NCBI RefSeq assembly: GCF_036971445.1 | Contig: NC_091480.1 | Span: 69,130,001-69,194,000, forward strand | Direction: 5' to 3' | Source of the DNA: Narcine bancroftii | Lineage: Eukaryota | Length of the DNA stretch: 64,000 bases | Part shown: piece by piece, positions 11,553-22,888 of the stretch | Position numbering within the stretch: the first letter of the stretch is position 1 | Layout of the letters: every line of letters starts with the position of its first letter | Made by a program: the position numbers and the translations under genes | The notes under the pieces: model-generated | The model's database searches: none | Told to the model about the DNA's origin: nothing | Seen by the model: the letters and a program-made list of their open reading frames with translations, nothing else

Positions 11553-11885
11553 TGCTGTTTGCCGGCATCTCCGTCGACTCTGTGAATGAGTTTGGGCAGC
11601 TGCCAGCAGAGCCAGTCTTCACAGCACAACCCAGCTCCTGATCCCCGACTCGAAACCTTGACTGCTGTTTGCCGGCATCTCCGTCGACTCTGTGAATGAG
11701 TTTGGGCAGCTGCCAGCAGAGCCAGTCTTCACAGCACAACCCAGCTCCTGATCCCCGACTCGAAACCTTGACTGCTGTTTGCCGGCATCTCCGTCGACTC
11801 TGTGAATGAGTTTGGGCAGCTGCCAGCAGAGCCAGTCTTCACAGCACAACCCAGCTCCTGATCCCTGACTCGAAACCTTGACTGC
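11553..11885. repeat. Near-perfect 110-bp tandem triplication
   Basis: Unit starts TGCTGTTTGCCGGCATC at 11553, 11663 and 11773; I saw a single mismatch among the copies. Confidence 0.95.
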
Positions 11886-13018
11886 GTTTCCTCCCTCCGC
11901 GGATGCTGAGTTTTTCCATTTCCTGCTTTCACTCCTGCTCCTTATTCCTTTCTGACTGTGTCCGATGTCCATGACTGGGAGCACCAGACATTCCTGCCTC
12001 AACTGCACCAAAAACCCAGCTTCCAGTAAAACGATGAGAAACAAATGCAAGAAGTGTGAGATCTGGAGAATTTATATTCAGAGAATGTCATGTGACAACA
12101 AGGGAAAAAAAAAGCATTCTCAAGCCCACCTTTGATTAAAGTACAGAAACTGATCAGCATTGGATTATTAAATTTTTGCTAAATCTGTGGTGGTATTTTG
12201 AATGATGCATTAATTGGACTTTATCTCAGGAGATGTGCTAGTGTCTGTTGCAGCCAGTTCCTGAGCCCCACCTGCCAGTCATGTGCATCACTGATCCCCA
12301 GAATGTTTTTCGTTCAGGACTGTTCATACAGAGCCCAGTTGGTCCCGACCGTGCTACGAGAAGATGCAAGAACCCACGGAGATGGATCAGATTTTGATCA
12401 CGAAGGAAGAAGAAGGAGGAGGAGGCTATTTGGCCCCTCGTACCTGGCCCACCATTTGGCGCAATCGCAGTGAATTCTGGGCCTTGTCTACCTTAGAAAC
12501 CACTTCCCACTTGAGCAAGGTGCCAAAGACAAGGCTTCTTTTCCTCCCTTTCAACCTCTGCCATTCCTTCCAGACTTCCAGCACTCCATCATCCAACCCA
12601 GGGGCCATTTGACCATGTGAGGATCACAACTGGCCTCAGTTGTGTGTAATGGAAGGGAGCCCCAGATCACAGCCAATAGCAAAATCCCAAGCTGAAATTG
12701 TGCTTTGGGTTCTGGACCCTGAAGAAACTACCCTGGCTGAGATTTCAGCTGAGAAGTGAAACGGGAGTTGGAACCTGCTGTGAGTTCCACAGACAACTGT
12801 AATTATCACCATGATTGAGCGTAGACTGTCCTTTGGGAACCGACAGAACGGGCATTGTTGAACAGAAGACAAGACTCTTGCAAGTGGGCACAACTGCGCA
12901 CAACACAACAGATGATGAAAATGATTCGTTATACATAAATAACACAGAGCAATGTCATGCAATCAAGAGATGATAGCTGTCCTCTCTCAGACCGAATGCT
13001 AAGCAGCATGTTCAGCGT

Positions 13019-13075
13019 TTAAGCGTCCAGTCGGCAATACCAGGATCGTGGGGTAACCAGCTCCCAGAAGGTTCT
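13019..13075 (-). CDS. SOAT2: SOAT2 coding exon 15 ([18 protein letters not shown])
   Basis: AG acceptor, phase 0; matches the ACAT2 C-terminus TFWGLVTPRSW; ends in TAA. Confidence 0.93.
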   Translation of the reverse strand, partial: RTFWELVTPRSWYCRLDA

Positions 13076-13139
13076 CTGTATAAAAGGAAGAGACAAAAAG
13101 TTAGAGCCCCCAGGGCAATGTGAAGCCTGTGTGTTGGTA

Positions 13140-13141
<2 letters not shown>

Positions 13142-13182
<41 letters not shown>

Positions 13183-13192
13183 ACGCGCGCGC
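13142..13192. repeat. (GT)n microsatellite with a (GC)n tail in the last SOAT2 intron
   Basis: About 20 GT units followed by GCACGCGCGCGC. Confidence 0.95.
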
Positions 13193-13221
13193 ATAGGTGA
13201 CTGGGCTATGCACACACTCAC

Positions 13222-13367
13222 CTCTTTCACGGGACAGTGTATCTGAGCGTACCATTCCTGGCAGTACAGACACACTTGGACCCCCTGACCAATGAACAGG
13301 AAAACCCACATCATGATGTTCCAGCCAGGACTCTTCCTGTTGTCATTGAAGATGAAATTGAAGAATA
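13222..13367 (-). CDS. SOAT2: SOAT2 coding exon 14 (VFFNFIFND...[23 protein letters not shown])
   Basis: 146 nt, AG/GT, phase 1 to 0; conserved YCQEWYA. Confidence 0.95.
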
Positions 13368-13579
13368 CTGGGGGAGGGTGGGGGGAGGGGAAGAAAAGAA
13401 GAACAATATATAATGTTAGTGGTACACACAAGGTAGAAAGCACTAACACAATAGAAGACAGGGATTTGGCCCATCTCACGACTCACCCAGAAAACCGTTT
13501 TGCTCCCCTCATTTAAAGCATCCAGTTGCTTCAGAAGGTATTTCAGTTACGTCAACATTTCTCCAAACCATGAGGTGGG

Positions 13580-13700
13580 AGAGACCAGAACTGGATCCCA
13601 GTGCTCACAGAGGGATAGGTCAGAACTGGATTCAGTGTTCACAGTGGGACAGACGTACTGGATCCAGTGCCCACAGTGGGACAGAGTAGAACTGGACCCA
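13580..13700. repeat. About 34-bp degenerate tandem array; same family at about 41775-42015
   Basis: Unit GAGACCAGAACTGGATCCAGTGCTCACAGTGGGA. Confidence 0.8.
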
Positions 13701-14179
13701 GAGATCTTGCCAAGTTTGATCTCGATTACGTACATGAAGGCTGATTCTAAATCTACATATAACTCAAATCTGGCTCTTGCTCTCTTGCAGTCGCTTTCTG
13801 GCTGCCAGATTTCAGAGACGGCTTTGAGGAGGGTGGTCCTGGTGAGATGGAAATGAGTCAGGTGTACTTAGGATTGGCTTGGCAAGGCATAATCAGGAGG
13901 AATGTGGGCATAGACACTGCCTGTTTTTCCTCAGTGCTAAGTGACCAAACCGCCAGTCCAGAAACATCCCGAGGAGTGAAGTTCAATTTGTATTTGGTCA
14001 GGCAGGAAGAGTGTCTCTAGGATTTACAAAATAACCACAACTTGACTGTACACCACGCCAGCTCACACCACAACAGTCCCCATCCCCCACCCTCTACGAC
14101 ATCAAGCAGAGCCCACCATCTTATATTCATGAGCAGTAGTCCTGTAATCCTGCCAGATCCATCCTTGGTGATCACCTAC

Positions 14180-14315
14180 CTCCAAAAATAGCAAAGAGGC
14201 AGAACATTACCGGGTAGAAATAGCCCAGGCAAAGGGTCAGGACGTACTCATGAACCAGTGCGGACAAGATGAAGACTAAGAGCATTGCAGCCCCTCGAAA
14301 CCGCCTGCCAAATAT
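14180..14315 (-). CDS. SOAT2: SOAT2 coding exon 13, carrying the MBOAT catalytic His (SALVHEY)
   Basis: 136 nt, AG/GT, phase 0 to 1; [45 protein letters not shown]. Confidence 0.95.
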
Positions 14316-14461
14316 CTGCAACATAACATTAATCTGGTGGTTAGCACCAGGCAATTACAGCGCTATCTGTAATGAGTTTGTATATTTTGCCCTTGGGTTT
14401 CCTCCGGGTGCTCTGGTTTCCTCCCACGTTCTAAAGACCTACAGGGTTAGTAGGTTAATTA

Positions 14462-14995
14462 AGAACACACAGAGATGCTGGAGGAACTCAGCCAGTCTCA
14501 CAGTGTCCATAGGAGGTAAAGAGATATTACTGACGTTTCGGGCCTGAGTCCTTATTGAAAGTATGGACGTTCTCTATTGACCCCCGCCAAATGGAGGAAA
14601 ATACGTCCAGCCAGATGACATTAACATCAACCTCTCCAATTTCTGTTAAAAAAACCCTTCCCCCTGTCACCTTTCCCCCAGTTCTCTCTCTCTCTCTCTC
14701 TTCCCTTTTCCCTCTCCTTTCACAGAGCCAAAATCAATTCTCACCATTCCTCTTATCATATCCAATTTATACCTTTTTGTCTGTTGGTCTGGACTCCTCC
14801 CCCTCCCATTCTTACCCCTTTCTCTCTCGTCTTTAACGAAGACAGCTGCCTGTCATACCTTGAGGAAGGGTTCAGGCCCGAAACAACGGTAATATATCTT
14901 CACCTCTTGTGGACACTGCAAAACCGGCAGAGTCTCTCCGGCATTTACTGTGTGTCTTTAATTACAATCACAGCATCTGCAGACTTTCCTATTTC
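14462..14995 (+). mobile_element. Penelope-like element remnant with an inverted terminal segment, inserted into a SINE
   Basis: 14462-14555 is an inverted copy of about 14865-14960; the SINE halves lie on either side. Confidence 0.65.
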
Positions 14996-15442
14996 ACTCA
15001 GTTGCATGGGCCAGAAGGGCCTGTTACCGTGCTGTATCTCTAAATTTAAATTTAAAATTTAAATATGCATGACCTCGAACTTTGTTAACATTCCAGCTAT
15101 ACAGGTGAGTGTTCACTTCAAAATGGTATGTTACTGTACACTGGTGGCAGATTGGTGGTGGAATGATTGATCGGTTAGCACACCAGGAAGGCTCCAGGTT
15201 CAATGGGCTTCCAGGTCTGACTCAGCAGATCTCATCCAGGCCATTGGCCCAAAGGCACAATTTGTCTCCAGCCCTTGGATAAGTGACAGAAAGTAGTAAC
15301 CAATCATCACACTGGTGTGGCCAACTAGCCAGCTGAGATCCACTGTCAGGTACAATACACAAATATCTCTGGTGACACACTCCCCTTTCTCCACCTCTCT
15401 GACTCCAACTCGGGACACAAACTCTCTCCTGAAAATGGGGGT

Positions 15443-16040
15443 AAAACATGAAAGTCTGCAGACACCGTGATTGAAGTAAACACATAATGCTGGAGAAACT
15501 CAGCAGGTCAGGGAGTGGACACCCACTCTAATTTCATGCCCCACTCCCACGCTGACATGTCTACCCATGGCCTCATGTACTGTCCCACTAAGGTCACCAG
15601 TAAATTGGAGGAGCCACACCGAATATTCTGTCCAGGCCCTCCCCAACTGGATGGCATTAACATTGACTTCTCCAGTTTCCCACTCCCTGTTCTCCTTCCC
15701 TTCCCCATCCCTGTCTTCTTCCCTCCAGCTCTCCACTCCCTTCCCTCTCCATACACAGAGCCCTCCCCCCTCCCCTTGTTGGCTGCTGTGTCCTCTCTCC
15801 CTTCTCCACCTATTACCTCCTGCCCTGTGGGACCATGCTCTTCCCCCTGCCCTTCCCCCCACCATTTTGTTCAGTCACCTGCCGACATTTTGTCCACACC
15901 TTGTTTATGTATCGTTATCTTTGCTACATAAAGGACATTTGTTTGACCTGTTGAGTTTCTCCAGCAGTGGGTTTTTACTTTTTTTCTCTCCAGATTTAGA
16001 TATTGCTCTCAATTTCAGTGTCTGTAGACTTTGCTGTTTA
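15443..16040 (+). mobile_element. Penelope-like element remnant with inverted ends
   Basis: GIY-YIG-end-like text (HSHADMS.HGL..KLEEPH.IF...QLDGINIDFS); termini AAGTCTGCAGACAC...GTGTCTGTAGACTT are inverted. Confidence 0.65.
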
Positions 16041-16352
16041 ATTTCATTGCCAGGTGAGTGTAGGTCGGTGTGGGTGCACATACTTGAGCATCATTCCGTG
16101 GTGCAGGCTGTGTGTGTCGAGGTCTGCACACATGTAAATCATGATGAATATTATTTGACACTTTGTAAATCCAAATGTTGTGTGAACATTAATGTGCCTG
16201 TTCTGATTGTGAATCTATTGGAGGTAGATTCCTGTTTTTCTCCTGATCTGGAGTGGGAGGTGGGAGTGGTGGGGGGAAAGAAAGCCCAGCGTTCTTTTAT
16301 ATTCTCAACTGTTAACTGAGCGTTCTTGCACTTGATGTGGTATGCTCCTTAC

Positions 16353-16451
16353 CCTGAGAAAATCAGTGTAGATGTAGCTGTAAAGCCAGTCGTGAACCAC
16401 CACATTCCAGGTCCGGTAGTAGTTGGCAAAGGAGGTGGACGTCCACCAGTC
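16353..16451 (-). CDS. SOAT2: SOAT2 coding exon 12 ([33 protein letters not shown])
   Basis: 99 nt, AG/GT, phase 0 to 0; [16 protein letters not shown] motif. Confidence 0.95.
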
Positions 16452-16974
16452 CTGGGGGCAAGAGATGGAGAGTGAATCGCCATAGTAACCATAGTGGGGG
16501 GAGTGTTGTGGTGGTTCTTGCTGGTGAGCAAAGTATATCAGAGATCAGATCACATCGCAATTCCCATCTGAGCTGCTCTCCTTACTGAGAGACCGAAATG
16601 GTTACAGGAGGATCACACAGCGGAAGGGGTTTCGCTGTTGGAGCAAGGAGCCAAAGATTGGTGCTCCCACACATGCTGATCAGAGATATGGAGGAGCAGC
16701 AGAGATGTGGGCAACAACGACCCACAGATACGCAGACAACACTCTGGGTTATGTGGGAGAAGAAGGATGGGTGAGTACTTCCTGGCCTTGGAACAGTCGG
16801 GGGTGATGGAAGAACAAATAAAGTGAGGGGCTGAAACAGACAACGAACGGGGAACATGATCAGTGAGCTATGTGTGTGGAACTCCAGAACTATTTCTGGG
16901 CGGCAAAAGGATAATTAAAGGCAAAATGTGGGCAATTCGGTGGAAAAAGGGAATTGGCTTCAGGAACAAAATTC

Positions 16975-17430
16975 TGACCCCCTTCCCACTCCCCTTTCCC
17001 TCTCTCCCCCTCCCTCTCTCCCCCTCTACCCCTTCCTTTCTCCCCTCCCTCACTCCCTTTCTCCCCTCCCTCTCTCCCCCTCCCTTTCTCCCCTCCTTCT
17101 CTCCCCTCCCTCCTCCCTCCATCCCCCACATCCCCTCCCTTACTCCCTCCCCTTCTCCTTTCCCTCCACAAATCCCCTCATACCTTCCCTGGACTCCATC
17201 ACCCTGTATTCCTCCCCTGCCCTCATGCACTCCCTCTTCTTCACTCCACACTCCCAACCTTGTCCTCAGACATCTGCTGCCCCTCCATCCAATCCCCTCA
17301 TCACCTTCCCTCCTTCACACCTTCCTCCTCTCCCTGCACCCCCCTCAGCCCTCAGTCCCCACCCTTCACACCTTCCACTTGCTCCATCAGACCTCCCCTC
17401 CCACCTGCCCATACACTCCCAACCTCTCCA
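16975..17430. repeat. Polypyrimidine low-complexity tract (another at about 31065-31335)
   Basis: Almost purely C/T on the plus strand. Confidence 0.9.
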
Positions 17431-17515
17431 TCCTTGTTTCAACCAGCTGTCCGACAATCCATCCCGGAGAGTCCCATTTCTCCGGCCTTGCCCACTGCCC
17501 TTATTTCCCCGATAC

Positions 17516-17613
17516 CTTGTAGAACATCCGGTCTCCAAAACGGAGCATCTCAGCAAAGGCATTCAGCCAGCAGTGGAGGAAGGCGTAGAAGAACAGGAGC
17601 AGAAGGAAGGTGC
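17516..17613 (-). CDS. SOAT2: SOAT2 coding exon 11 ([33 protein letters not shown])
   Basis: 98 nt, AG/GT, phase 1 to 0; invariant [19 protein letters not shown]. Confidence 0.95.
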
Positions 17614-18570
17614 CTGTTGGAGTGACCCAACCAGTTAGCAGACTGCCCAATACAACAATTCAAAGATCGCAAATCTATGATCTTACCCCCTTCCCCAAAT
17701 ACCCTCCGGCTCTGTCCACATTGACACCACATCCATTATGTCAAAGAGAGGACATCAGGCCCTTCAGCCCATGTGTCTATGCTGACCATAATTCCTAAAT
17801 TAAACTAAAACTCTGCTGCTTGCACATGTTCCATATTCCTCCGTTACCCTGCGGCAATCTAGAATGCCTCTTAAAAACTACTGTTGTATCTGTTTGCACT
17901 ACTCTCTGTGTCATAAATTTTCCCCACACCTCCCCTCCACCCTTCTTCACTTTAAATGCATGCTCTCTCGTATGTACAGGCCTGCATTGAGCAAAATAAG
18001 GACGTGCTTAGGGCACCAAGGGAATAATTTTTTTTCCAGTGCTGGATTTACTATGGTGCAGCAGTACCAGGGCCCCTCAAAAAGGGACCCCCACAATAAA
18101 TGGAAAGAAAACAAATATATACAGATAATATTTACTATCGTTGTGGGGTCCGGCCTGGAAGAAATTGGAATTTTTAATCTATTATTTCACATTCAGCACT
18201 ATGGAGTCTTAACTTCTTGTCATTTAGGCAATGGAAGGGTTGAGGGGGAACCATCGTTGGGCTTTGCTTAGGGCATCAGTTGGCCTTAATCTGGCCTTGC
18301 GTATGTGACACTTTTAGCGCAGGGGAAAAGATTTGGACTGTTTCCCTGCCACTTCCTCTTATCATTCTATAAGCCTCGATCAGGCCTTCCCTGACCCTCT
18401 GACACTCCAGAGTAACCAACCCAAGTTTGTCTCTCCTCTCCCCATAACCCATCCCCTCCAATCCAACCCTGGTGAACTGGTTCTGTCCTATTTCCAAAGT
18501 CTCTGCATCTTTCCCCTGATGGGCTGACCAGTACTGCACACAATCCTCCAGCTGTCCCTGCTGTCTGTAC

Positions 18571-18700
18571 CTGGTAACGTGGCATTGAATAGTGACAGGA
18601 CAAGTGTCCTGGTGCTGAACGGTTCTTTGCTCATGTTGGTGAACACAGGGATGCAGAGTCTCACTAAGATGAAGTAACAGTAGAAGAGGCTGCCAAGGAC
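18571..18700 (-). CDS. SOAT2: SOAT2 coding exon 10 ([43 protein letters not shown])
   Basis: 130 nt, AG/GT, phase 0 to 1; close to human SOAT2 [23 protein letters not shown]. Confidence 0.95.
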
Positions 18701-18881
18701 CTGTGAGCAAAGAACACAGTGATCACTGTACAGCGCATCAGGAAATGAGAGCAAAGTGAGAGAATAACTCCGCAGACTGGGACTCCTTTCACTGCCGGGC
18801 AGCTGGATGCTTCAGGAGACTTCCTCCTCGAGGAACGGATTTCCCAACTGGCCATTGGTTCCTTCAATCCAACCATTCTGC

Positions 18882-20096
18882 CTGTAATCACAATAATTGT
18901 GAAATGATTATTTCCATGGTGATTGATTGACTCTGCAGTGATGCATCGATTGCAAAGAGATGGACCAATTGCTGAGTTAATCTGCAGCAACCTCCAAAAC
19001 GCTGATTTCCCCAATTAATCTTTTACTCAGAAACTATCCCGTTCAGTCACTCATCAATAGGTCTATCTCTTTGCAATCGATGCATCGCTGCAGGGTCAAT
19101 CTTTCCTTCCTTTGGCTTCCCTTCGCGGACGAAGATTTATGGAGGGGTAATGTCCACGTCAACTGCAGGCTCGTTTGTGGCTGACAAGTCCGATGCGGGA
19201 CAGGCAGACACGGTTGCAGCGGTTGCAGGGGAAAATTGGTTGGTTGGGGTTGGGTGTTGGGTTTTTCCTCCTTTGTCTTTTGTCAGTGAGGTGGGCTCTG
19301 CGGTCTTCTTCAAAGGAGGTTGCTGCCCGCCGAACTGTGAGGCGCCAAGATGCACGGTTTGAGGCGATATCAGCCCACTGGTGGTGGTCAATGTGGCAGG
19401 CACCAAGAGATTTCTTTAGGCAGTCCTTGTACCTCTTCTTTGGTGCACCTCTGTCTCGGTGGCCAGTGGAGAGCTCGCCATATAACACGATCTTGGGAAG
19501 GCGATGGTCCTTCATTCTGGAGACGTGACCTACCCAGCGCAGTTGGATCTTCAGCAGCGTGGATTCGATGCTGTCGGCCTCAGCCATCTCGAGTACTTCG
19601 ATGTTGGTGATGAAGTCGATCAAATGAATGTTGAGGATGGAGCGGAGACAACGCTGGTGGAAGCGTTCTAGGAGCCGTAGGTGATGCCGGTAGAGGACCC
19701 ATGATTCAGAGCCGAACAGGAGTGTGGGTTTGACAACGGCTCTGAATACGCTAATCTTTGTGAGGTTTTTCAGTTGGTTGTTTTTCCAGACTCTTTTGTG
19801 TAGTCTTCCAAAGGCGCTATTTGCCTTGGCGAGTCTGTTGTCTATCTTGTTGTCGATCCTTGCATCCGATGAAATGGTGCAGCCGAGATAGGTAAACTGG
19901 TTGACCGTTTTGAGTTTTGTGTGCCCGATGGAGATGTGGGGGGGCTGATAGTCATGGTGGCGAGCTGGCTGATGGAGGACCTCAGTTTTCTTCAGGCTGA
20001 CTTCCAGGCCAAACATTTTGGCAGTTTCCTCAAAACAGGACGTCAAGCGCTGAAGAGCTGGCTCAGAATGGAAATAATCATTCACGATTATTACAG
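18882..20096. mobile_element. Foldback/MITE-like element with long inverted arms, split by an RTE insertion
   Basis: 18925-18971 is inverted at 19055-19101; 18882-18917 is inverted at about 20068-20096, on the far side of the RTE. Confidence 0.65.
19102..20070 (-). mobile_element. 5'-truncated RTE-clade (BovB-like) LINE with an uninterrupted C-terminal ORF of about 300 codons
   Basis: FGLEVSLKKTEV, FTYLGCTIS, RLAKANSAFGRL, LLFGSESW, LERFHQRCLRSIL, QLRWVGHVSRM, RLPKIVLYGEL, and a terminal CxxC...HxxxC finger. Confidence 0.92.
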
Positions 20097-20755
20097 TACC
20101 TGCCCTCCTTCCACCTTGTGCACCATCTAGAACATACATTGTAGTTACTTGCCGGGCCTACTCCCACTGGAAATGGTGGGGGTGTGCTGGAGCTGGTGGA
20201 GCAATGTCGATCTCTGCCCCCTCCAACTGATCTGCACAAGTCAACTGTCATTGAGTCACACAGCGTGAAAACAAGCCCTTCGGCTAAACTTGCCCACACC
20301 AACCATATTTTCTCACCCACACTGCTCCCACCTGCCCCACATCCCTCTTAAACCTATCCTATTCATGGATCCGTCCTACCCACACTGGTCCCACTTGCCC
20401 CACATCCCTTTAAACCCATCCTATCCATGGATCCACCAAATTTTTTCTTAAACATTGCAATTGCACCTGCCTCAACCACCTCCCCGGCAACCCGTTCCGC
20501 ACACCGGCCATTCTCTGTGTTTAAAAAAGTTACTCCTTAAGTTCCTGTTAAATCTCTTCCCCCCCCCCCCCCTCACCTTAAACCTACATCATCTAGTTAT
20601 CGATTCCCTAACTCTGGACAAAAGATTCTCTGCATTCACCCAATCTATTGCACTCGTGCCTTTGCTTGGCAGTAGTCTCTCATTGAGCTGTGACCAGCTC
20701 TTCATCCTCTTCGATGGAAGGCACATCGAGTCAAAGCAACGTGCATCATACTCAC

Positions 20756-20801
20756 CTGTGCAAAGTTCAGTGCCACATAGTTCCATCTGATCCTCGGTGT
20801 C
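20756..20801 (-). CDS. SOAT2: SOAT2 coding exon 9 (TPRIRWNYVALNFAQ)
   Basis: 46 nt, TTGCAG/GTGAG, phase 2 to 0. Confidence 0.93.
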
Positions 20802-21129
20802 CTGCAATAAAGCAGAGTCCTAGTGAGATTTAAAGGAAACATCCCAGGAAGTCCTCAAGCCACTTGGCAGCTGATGAAGTACTTCTGAAGGGTAGTCGCT
20901 GCTGGGGTGTGGGAAGCAGCAGTCGGCTTGCACAGAAGCTCCCACAATCACAAATGAGTCCATTAATCTGTGCATTGATTGAGGGATAAGTATTTGTCAT
21001 GGGGCCCTCTTGCTCTTCAAAATATTACCATGGATGTTTTAAGACCAGCTAGGACCTCAGTTTAAAATCTCATGCACCTCTAACAGAGCAGCAATCTCTC
21101 ATTCCAGTTCTGCAGAGACTGGGTCATCG

Positions 21130-22253
21130 AACATAGAACAGGCCCTTTTGCCCTCGATGTTGTGCTTACCCATATATTCCTTCCAACAAAAAAATCTAAT
21201 CCTTCCCACCCGTAACCCTTTATTTTTCTTATATCCATGTCCTTGTCTAAGAGTCTCTTAATGTTCCAGCCTCCACCGTCATCCCCGGCGAGGCATTCCA
21301 GGCCCCCACAACTCTCTGTGTAAAAATACTTACCCTTGATGTCTCCCCTAAACTTCCCTCCCTTCACTTTTTTCAGACGTCCTCTGGTGTTTGCTGATCC
21401 CACCCTGGGAAACAGGTACTCCCTGTCCACCCTATCTATGCCTCTCAGAATTTTGCAATTATTAAGTAATCTCATCCTTCTATGGTCCAAAGAGAAAAGT
21501 CCCAGCTCTGCTAACCTTGTCTCATAAGACATTTCCCAATCCAGGCAACATCCTGGTGAATCTTCATTGCTTCCACATCCTTCCTGTAATGAGGTGACCA
21601 GAAGTGAACACAATACTCTGTGTGATCTCACCAGAGATTTGTAGAGTTGCAATATTACCTCTGTACTCCCGAATTCAATCCCCTTATTAATGAAGCCCAG
21701 CGTCCCATAGGCCTTCTTAACTATCCCATCAACCTGTGCTGTGACCTTGAGGAGTGTATGGATTTAGATGCCAAGGTCCCTCTGTTCATCCACACTGTTA
21801 AGCAACCGATCATTAACCCTGTACTCAGCCTTCTGGTTTGTCCTTCCAAAATGCATCACCTCACAATTACCCGGATTGAACTCCATCTGCCACTTTTCCA
21901 CCCAACTCTGCATCCTATCTATATCTTCTTGTAACCTACGACAATCTTCAGCTCCACCCACTGACCTTTGAGTCATCCGCAAACTTACTGACCCATCCTT
22001 CCACCTCTTCATCCAGGTCATTTATAAAAATCATAAAGAGCAGGAGTTCCAGAACAGATCCCTGCGGCACTCCACTAGTCACCGACGTCCAGGCAGAAAA
22101 CTTTCCGTCCGCTACGACTACCCTCTGCTTTCTTCCTACAAGCCAATTTTTTATCCACACAGCCAAGGTCCCATGGATCCCATGCCTCATGACTTTCTGA
22201 ATGAGTCTCCTGTGGGGAACCTTGTCAAATGCCTTGCTAAAATCCATATACAC
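21130..22253 (-). mobile_element. CR1 LINE fragment (RT domain to 3' end)
   Basis: YMDFSKAFDKVPH, SGVPQGSVL, SKFADD, WQMEFNP, with frameshifts. Related copies at about 27005-27700(+), 38016-39008(+) and 46605-47300(-). Confidence 0.9.
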
Positions 22254-22274
22254 TTGTAATTTTGAGAATCTTCT

Positions 22275-22888
22275 TGTCTGTCATGTGACTCTACCAGCGA
22301 ATACCTAGTCAGAATTTACATCACCTGCCAATCAAGGTTGGACTCTGCCCATCGATTAGTGGACACCTGACCATCGCCCCTTTTAATCATCTAGTGATTT
22401 CTTGGGTCGGACCCTCCAGCTGACTCAAGTCCACCACGTGGAGAGGCTCTTTCGCTTTTGCTCTTCGTCCCTCAGATGAACCCTGCCCCACTCTGGGTAA
22501 TGGACTGTGGACAAAGCTGGAGGTGTCATTGGTAAGGAGTGCACTACACAGGGAATCAGGGGTGTTGTATATTGTTGTAGCGCTGCAGACAGCATCTGAG
22601 CCATCCCCACGTTAGACAAGGAATGGAGGGTAGTGTGTTGTAGTCCTTGGCTGTATAAACCGTTGCTAGTGTCAGTAATCCAATGTGACTGGATTGTACT
22701 GTACTTGGAAGTCTGTACACAGTTGCTTGTATCAGCAGTGTTAAATCTGATGTGACTGTTTATACTGTGCTGTGCGATTGAGAGCACTGGTGTGTGTTTC
22801 CCTGTTGCGATCCCCGTAAGTGTGTTTTAATAAAAATCCTTCCTGCATTCAGCCTGTGTCCAGACTCGTTGCTCTTTGAAACCACGCA
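22275..22888 (+). mobile_element. Possible solo LTR
   Basis: TG...CA ends, TTCT on both flanks (possible 4-bp TSD), CCAAT near the 5' end and AATAAA at about 22829. Confidence 0.45.

Noticed and set aside
11524-12050. Minus-strand ORFs with repeated peptides
   Set aside because: Produced by the 110-bp triplication, which shifts frame at each copy; no domain or convincing splice chain.
15567-17638. Long Pro/Ser/Leu-rich ORFs (250, 219 and 236 aa)
   Set aside because: They arise from stop-poor pyrimidine tracts and Penelope-like remnants inside SOAT2 introns.
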